A stretch of DNA of 64,000 nt from an uncultured Actinomycetota bacterium (GTDB lineage Bacteria; Actinomycetota; Actinomycetes; Prado026): the NCBI GenBank assembly GCA_963849365.1, contig CAWKHA010000001.1, forward strand, positions 451,182 to 515,181, written 5' to 3'. A model generated the notes under the pieces. That model was not told the origin of the DNA and did not search any database. It saw nothing but the letters and a program-made list of their open reading frames with translations. Numbering within the stretch: position 1 is the stretch's first letter; the number at the start of each line of letters is the position of its first letter. Shown here one piece after another: positions 59,024 to 64,000 of this stretch. A program made the position numbers and the translations under genes.

Positions 59024-60397
59024 GTGACACGTCCAGCACGTCCGCTCGTCGAGCGGGTCGGCCCCGACGACCTGATGCAGCTCGCCGCGGACGTCGGCCC
59101 GGTGCGCGAGCAGGTGGGAGCGGTCCTCGTCCTCGAGGCCGGGGCGAGGTTCGACGCCGGGCAGGCGGCGGACGTCGTCGCCGACCGGCTCGGCGAGGTG
59201 CCCCGGTTCCGGCAGGTGCTCAGACGGGTACCGCTCGGCTGCGGCCGCCCGATCTGGGTCGACGACCCGGGCTTCGAGGCTCGCCGGCACGTCCGGGTCG
59301 TCCCCTGCCGTGGGCCGGGCGACGAGGCCGACCTGCTGGCCGAGGCGGTCGCGCTGGTCACCGAGCCGCTGGCCGCGGCGGCGCCGCCGTGGCGTGCCGC
59401 GGTCGTCACCGGCCTCACCGGCTCGCGGGCCGCGGTCGTGGTGGTCTTCCATCACGTCCTAGCGGACGGGATCGGCGGGCTCGCCGTGCTGGGTCGGCTG
59501 GGCGACCCAGCCGACGGCGTCCCGGGTCGCTCCGCGGTCCCCGCCGACTTCCCCCGCCCGACCCCGGGCCGTCGCCGGCTCGCCGCCGACGCGTGGGCGG
59601 CCCATGCCCGGGGGCTCTCCCGGGTGCCGGCAGCGGTGCGGTCGCTGCCGGAGCAGGTCGCCGAGGTGCACCGCACCGGCCGGCTGCGTGCCTCCCCGAG
59701 CTCTCTGAACCGGTTGACGGGGCGCCGGCGCCAGGCCGTGGTCGTACGCACGGAGCTGCGCGGCGCCCGGGCGGTCGCCCACGCGCAGCGCGCAACGGTC
59801 AACGACGTCGTCCTCGCGGCAGTCGCGGGTGCGCTCCGCGAGCTGCTCCTGCGACGCGGCGAGCCGGTGCCGGTCCTCGTGGCCTCGGTGCCTGTCGCCC
59901 GCCGCACGCACACCACCGCGGCCGAGCTGGGGAACGAGCTGGGCGGCATGGTGGTGCCGCTTCCCGTCGACGTCGACCGCTCCGAGCGGCTGCGACGGAC
60001 GGCAGCTGTGACCCGCACGCGCAAGGCAGCCCCCGGCGGCGAGGCGCTGATGGGGCCGATTTTCCGGTTGATGGGCGCCCTCGGGCTGGTGGGCAGGTTC
60101 GTCAACCGCCAGCACATGGTCAGCACGTTCGTCACGAACCTGCGCGGGCCTGCGCAGCAGCTGATGGTCGTCGGCCGGCCCGTGCTCGAGATCCTGCCTG
60201 TCAGCCACCTCACGGGGAACGTGACGGTGACCTTCGCGGCGCTGTCCTACGCGGGCAGGGTCGTGGTCACGGTGACCGCCGACCCTGATGCCTGCCCGGA
60301 CCTGGACGACCTCGCGACGTTGCTGCAGGCGGAGCTGGACGCATTCACCGACCTGGAGGAGCAGGACCGCGAGAACGCGGGGAGAGATGCCGGATGA
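59024..60397 (+). CDS. WS/DGAT-family acyltransferase (second paralogue)
   Basis: Motif HHVLADGIGG and WS/DGAT layout. I chose the in-frame GTG at 59024; the upstream 94 codons are low-complexity. Confidence 0.7.
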   Translation: MTRPARPLVERVGPDDLMQLAADVGPVREQVGAVLVLEAGARFDAGQAADVVADRLGEVPRFRQVLRRVPLGCGRPIWVDDPGFEARRHVRVVPCRGPGDEADLLAEAVALVTEPLAAAAPPWRAAVVTGLTGSRAAVVVVFHHVLADGIGGLAVLGRLGDPADGVPGRSAVPADFPRPTPGRRRLAADAWAAHARGLSRVPAAVRSLPEQVAEVHRTGRLRASPSSLNRLTGRRRQAVVVRTELRGARAVAHAQRATVNDVVLAAVAGALRELLLRRGEPVPVLVASVPVARRTHTTAAELGNELGGMVVPLPVDVDRSERLRRTAAVTRTRKAAPGGEALMGPIFRLMGALGLVGRFVNRQHMVSTFVTNLRGPAQQLMVVGRPVLEILPVSHLTGNVTVTFAALSYAGRVVVTVTADPDACPDLDDLATLLQAELDAFTDLEEQDRENAGRDAG

Positions 60398-60849
60398 GTC
60401 TGAGAGCACTCGTAGGAAGTGGCGACAGGATCGGGCTGTTCGCCCTGCCGTTCCTGCTGGTCGGCGTGGTCCTGAACGTCGCCTACCCGTCCGTGTTCGA
60501 GGTCGGCGGTCCGCCGACCGCCCTGCGGGTCGTCTCCGTCGTCGTGCTCATCCCCGGTGTCACGGTGTGGGTCTGGTCGGCCGCGCTGATCCTGACGAAA
60601 GTACCTCGCGGGGAGCTGATCACGAATGGCCCCTACGCCCTGGTGACGCACCCGCTCTACACGGGCGTCGCCCTGCTGGTGCTCCCGTGGGTCGGCTTCC
60701 TCCTCGACACGTGGTTGGGAGCTCTCCTCGGCGTCGCTCTGTACGTCGGGACCAGGATGTTCGCCCCGGCCGAGGAAGAACGGCTGTCGAAGACCTTCGG
60801 CGACCGCCGGGACGAGTACTGCCGCACGGTGGCGATCCCATGGCTGTGA
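60394..60849 (+). CDS. Isoprenylcysteine carboxyl methyltransferase (ICMT)/phospholipid methyltransferase-family membrane protein
   Basis: …ELITNGPYALVTHPLYTG… signature with TM helices. ATGA overlap with the WS/DGAT stop. Confidence 0.7.
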   Translation: MSLRALVGSGDRIGLFALPFLLVGVVLNVAYPSVFEVGGPPTALRVVSVVVLIPGVTVWVWSAALILTKVPRGELITNGPYALVTHPLYTGVALLVLPWVGFLLDTWLGALLGVALYVGTRMFAPAEEERLSKTFGDRRDEYCRTVAIPWL

Positions 60850-60894
60850 GGACGCACCCGCGCCCCGCCCGGCCGGTGAGGCGGTGCCTGAGTC

Positions 60895-61794
60895 CTACGG
60901 GTGACGGGCGGAGGCGAGCAACGCCAGCCCGGGGATCTCGAGCCCGGTTGCGGTCCGGTAGGGGCCGGCCGCCTGCTCCAGGCGCTCGCGGAGCTCGCTC
61001 GCGGCTCGCGGGGGAAGCGCGGCGATCCGGTTCGCCAGCGGCCCGGCCAGCGCCGACGTCCTCGTCCACCAGGCCTCCACGGACGCGTCCCGCAGCGGGA
61101 CCGCGAGCTCGGTGACCTCGACGTCCGTCAGGCCGCCCGAGACGAAGAGGGCGCGGAGCCCCCGCACGTCCGAGAGCGAGAAGGGACCGGGCAGCCCAGG
61201 TGGGGGGACCGGCACCCCGAGCTGCGCGCCCACCGCGTCGAACACCACCCCGAGCCAGGGGTTGCGCTCCCTCGGGCCCCACACAGCGACCGCGACACGG
61301 CCGCCCGGGCGCAGCACGCGCCGGATCTCGTCCACCGCGCGGGCCGGGTCGACGGCGAACATCAACCCCTCGCGGGAGACGACGACGTCGTACGACCCGT
61401 CCGGCTCGTCGATCTCCTCGAGGTCGAGCTCGCGGACACGGACGTTGGTGGCTCCGGCCCGGGCGGCGCGGTCGCGGGCGATCGACGTCATGGCCGGCGC
61501 GACGTCGGACAGCACCACCTCGCCGCCGGGCAGGACTCTGGGCGCTGCCGCCAGGCCTACGCCACCGGCCGCGCACGCCAGCTCCAGGACGCGCTCCCCC
61601 GGGCGCGGGTCCGTGAGCTCCAGCAGCCGCGCCGTGACCTCCGCGCCACGGGCGTCGGCGTAGTCGGCGTACGTCCCCCAGGCCGGTGCGACGGACTCCC
61701 ACATCCCGTGCAGGTGCCCGCGAGCCACACGATCGTCCGCGGCCTCGGGTTCCGTCCGGTTGTCAGGTGCTCCGGTAGCTCTCAGATCGGTCAT
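60895..61794 (-). CDS. Class I SAM-dependent methyltransferase
   Basis: SAM motif I (VLELACAAGGVG) and motif post-I. ATG at 61794 with GGAGG 5-6 nt upstream. Confidence 0.7.
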   Translation of the reverse strand: MTDLRATGAPDNRTEPEAADDRVARGHLHGMWESVAPAWGTYADYADARGAEVTARLLELTDPRPGERVLELACAAGGVGLAAAPRVLPGGEVVLSDVAPAMTSIARDRAARAGATNVRVRELDLEEIDEPDGSYDVVVSREGLMFAVDPARAVDEIRRVLRPGGRVAVAVWGPRERNPWLGVVFDAVGAQLGVPVPPPGLPGPFSLSDVRGLRALFVSGGLTDVEVTELAVPLRDASVEAWWTRTSALAGPLANRIAALPPRAASELRERLEQAAGPYRTATGLEIPGLALLASARHP

Positions 61795-61853
61795 GCCGTC
61801 CTCCGATGTTGAGTACTCGCTGCAAGTAATCAATTCTCGGATACAGTAGCGGA

Positions 61854-62507
61854 ATGGCTGAGCCCGTCAAGACCCGGCGCCAGTACCACTCCCCGGGACG
61901 TGAGCAGCAGGCGGCCACGACGCGGCGCCGGATCCTCGACGCGGCGCGCGTGCTCTTCGAGCGCGACGGCTACCCCGTCACCACGATGGAGGCTGTCGCG
62001 ACCGAGGCGGACGTGTCGCTCAAGACCGTGTACCTGGCGTTCAGCACCAAGAGCGGGCTGCTCCGCGCCCTCTGGGACCTCCTGCTCAAGGGCGACGAGG
62101 ACGACGCCGCCGTCGCGGAGCGGCCCTGGTACCGCGTCGTCCTCGACGAACCCGACCCCGAGCGTCAGCTGCGTCTCAACGCCCACAACTCACGGGTCGT
62201 GAAGGAGCGCATCGCCGGAGTCCTGCGCGCCATCCGTACCGCTGCGCCCGTCGACGCGGACATCGCCGCGCTATGGGCGCTGATCCAGGCGGACTTCCAC
62301 TCCAACCAGCGCACCATCGTGGAGAGCATCCATGCCCGAGGCGGGCTCCGCCGCGGACTGGGAGTCGCCACCGCCACCGACATCCTCTGGACGCTCAACC
62401 ATCCCGACGTCTGGCTCCTGCTCGTGGGCGAGCGGGGCTGGACGCCCAGACGGTTCGAGGAGTGGTTGGCGGACACGACGTGCGCCCAGCTGCTCCGACC
62501 CGAGTGA
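61854..62507 (+). CDS. TetR/AcrR-family transcriptional regulator
   Basis: N-terminal TetR HTH (…RRRILDAARVLFERDGYPVTTMEAVATEADVSLKTVYLAF…). Divergent from the methyltransferase. Confidence 0.8.
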   Translation: MAEPVKTRRQYHSPGREQQAATTRRRILDAARVLFERDGYPVTTMEAVATEADVSLKTVYLAFSTKSGLLRALWDLLLKGDEDDAAVAERPWYRVVLDEPDPERQLRLNAHNSRVVKERIAGVLRAIRTAAPVDADIAALWALIQADFHSNQRTIVESIHARGGLRRGLGVATATDILWTLNHPDVWLLLVGERGWTPRRFEEWLADTTCAQLLRPE

Positions 62508-62537
62508 TGGTCGGCACGGTCGAGACCGCTCGCGGGG

Positions 62538-63548
62538 TCACCAAGGACCGTACACGTGGTTGTTAGCCTCCCGCAGCGCGCTGACGTAACCCGCGCGCCC
62601 GCGTGCCGCCTCGTCCGGGCCCGGCGGGGCGGCGAGCAGGCCGCGCAGCTCGTCCAGCGTCGTGAACTCCTTGCGCGCCATCCAGTCGGTCAGGCCGTCG
62701 AGCAGGACGGTCGCGTACTCGGGGCCGCGCCGCAGCAGAGCCGACGTCGTCATCACCACGTCCGCACCCGCCAGGAGGTAGCGGGCCACATCGTCCGGCC
62801 CGTCCACACCGGTGGACGCCGCGAGGGCTGCCCGGACTCGTCCGCGCAGGAGCGCTATCCAGGTGCGCGGGAGCCGGGCCTCGGACGGGTGGGAGAGTCC
62901 GACGGCCGGCACGACGGTGAGGGACTCCGGGTCGATGTCGGGCTGCAGGAACCGGTTGAAGAGGACCAGCCCGTCTGCGCCCGCCTCGTCCAGCCGCACG
63001 GCCATCTCGGCGGTCGAGCTGAAGTACGGGCTCAGCTTGACGGCCACGGGGACACTCACGGCGTCCTTGACGCCGGCGAGGACGTCGATGTGCTGCTGCT
63101 CCACGTCACGACCCGAGATCCTCGGACTGCCGGGAAGGTGGTAGACGTTGAGCTCGATCGCCACGGCACCGGCGTCCTGCATCGCCGCGGCATAGCTGCC
63201 CCAGCCGCCTGGCGTGACGCCGTTGAGGCTGGCGATCACGGGCACGTCGACAGCGGCCGCGGCCCGCTCCAGCAGGCTCAAGTAGCGCCGTGGCCCCGGC
63301 TCTTCGTCCGCGTCGGCCGGGAAGTACGTCAGCGACTCGGCGAAGCTCTCCGAGCCGGCATCGACCAGCCGGGCGTTGTGCTCCGCCTCCTCGAGCAGCT
63401 GCTCCTCGAACAGCGAGTGGAGCACCACGGCGCCGACGCCCGCGTCGGCCAGGCGACGCACGCCGTCGACCGACGTCGACAGCGGCGAGGCCGACGCCAC
63501 GATCGGGTTGCGCAACCGCAGGCCCATGTAGCCCGTCGCCAGCTGCAT
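62538..63548 (-). CDS. Dihydroorotate-dehydrogenase-like (PyrD class 1 / DPD-B-like) TIM-barrel flavoprotein
   Basis: …NPIVASASPLS…, …VAVKLSPY…, …GADGLVLFNR… match DHOD family 1 motifs. Its start overlaps the PFOR stop. Confidence 0.7.
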   Translation of the reverse strand: MQLATGYMGLRLRNPIVASASPLSTSVDGVRRLADAGVGAVVLHSLFEEQLLEEAEHNARLVDAGSESFAESLTYFPADADEEPGPRRYLSLLERAAAAVDVPVIASLNGVTPGGWGSYAAAMQDAGAVAIELNVYHLPGSPRISGRDVEQQHIDVLAGVKDAVSVPVAVKLSPYFSSTAEMAVRLDEAGADGLVLFNRFLQPDIDPESLTVVPAVGLSHPSEARLPRTWIALLRGRVRAALAASTGVDGPDDVARYLLAGADVVMTTSALLRRGPEYATVLLDGLTDWMARKEFTTLDELRGLLAAPPGPDEAARGRAGYVSALREANNHVYGPW

Positions 63549-64000
63549 CAGCGCTCCCTGCGTGCATCCGACGGGAAGCTCCGGGCGCTGCGCATGGCCA
63601 TCTCCTCGTACGTCCGCCAGCGCAGGTCGGCCGCCTGCTGGGCGAGGGCCAGCAGACGTTCCGCCTCGGCCGGGTCGGTGTTGGCCAGCGCGCGGAAGCG
63701 CAGCTCGCCCTTGCGGTACTCGCCCAGCGCCATCCGCGGCCGGGGCGAGTCGAGCAGGAACGGGTTGCCGCCGGTCGCGCGTACCACCGGGTCGTAGCGC
63801 ATCAGGGGCCAGTGCCCGCTCGCGACCGCTCGGTACTGCTGGCTGAGCCCGTCGCGCATGTCGTAGCCGTGTGCGATGCAGTGGCTGTACGCGATGACCA
63901 GCGACGGCCCGTCGTACGCCTCCGCCTCGCGGAAGGCACGCAGGGTCTGCTGCGGGTCGGCGCCCATCGCGACCCGCGCGACGTAGACGTTGGCCAGGGC
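63548..64000 (-). CDS. Pyruvate:ferredoxin (flavodoxin) oxidoreductase, C-terminal end only (gene continues past the window end)
   Basis: …GPSLVIAYSHCIAHGYDM…QQYRAVASGHWPLMRYDP…NPFLLDS… is the conserved C-terminal TPP-domain tail of single-chain PFOR. The frame is open to base 64000. Confidence 0.75.
   Translation of the reverse strand, partial: ALANVYVARVAMGADPQQTLRAFREAEAYDGPSLVIAYSHCIAHGYDMRDGLSQQYRAVASGHWPLMRYDPVVRATGGNPFLLDSPRPRMALGEYRKGELRFRALANTDPAEAERLLALAQQAADLRWRTYEEMAMRSARSFPSDARRER

Noticed and set aside
1-64000. CRISPR arrays, rRNA genes, intact insertion sequences
   Set aside because: I saw no regularly spaced direct repeats, no rRNA-like conserved stretches and no complete transposase ORF; only the IS3 remnant at 58411..58600.

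Overview
This window is a very GC-rich, gene-dense chromosomal segment of an actinobacterium (Actinomycetota); I cannot name the genus. Both strands are coding. The track contains many long ORFs that are GC-frame artefacts, which I rejected wherever a protein-like ORF occupies the other strand. Core genes I recognise are ferrochelatase with a C-terminal Fe-S Cys cluster, an inositol monophosphatase, SepH, topoisomerase IV ParC and ParE, the psuG/psuK pseudouridine catabolism pair, a beta carbonic anhydrase, a PatA-like GNAT/acyl-CoA-synthetase-like protein, and a partial PFOR at the 3' end. Accessory content is mixed in with these:
- a putative N-methyl amine (betaine-like) demethylation cluster (GcvT-like, FAD oxidase, acyl-CoA dehydrogenase, Rieske oxygenase) whose two promoter regions carry related palindromes;
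- a low-GC islet with an RHH/MazF toxin-antitoxin pair, a DUF222 (HNH) fragment and a possible immunity-like protein;
- two WS/DGAT acyltransferase loci;
- a 1139-aa SARP-TM-beta-propeller-SBP5 fusion regulator beside a LAL/LuxR regulator;
- an MFS transporter pseudogene with several frameshifts;
- an IS3-family transposase remnant;
- a YjjI-family glycyl-radical enzyme with its radical-SAM activase. Together with the PFOR and DHOD-like genes, this is the most notable system in the window.
I saw no rRNA, tRNA or CRISPR. All coordinates were read by eye from the printed sequence and may be off by a few bases.
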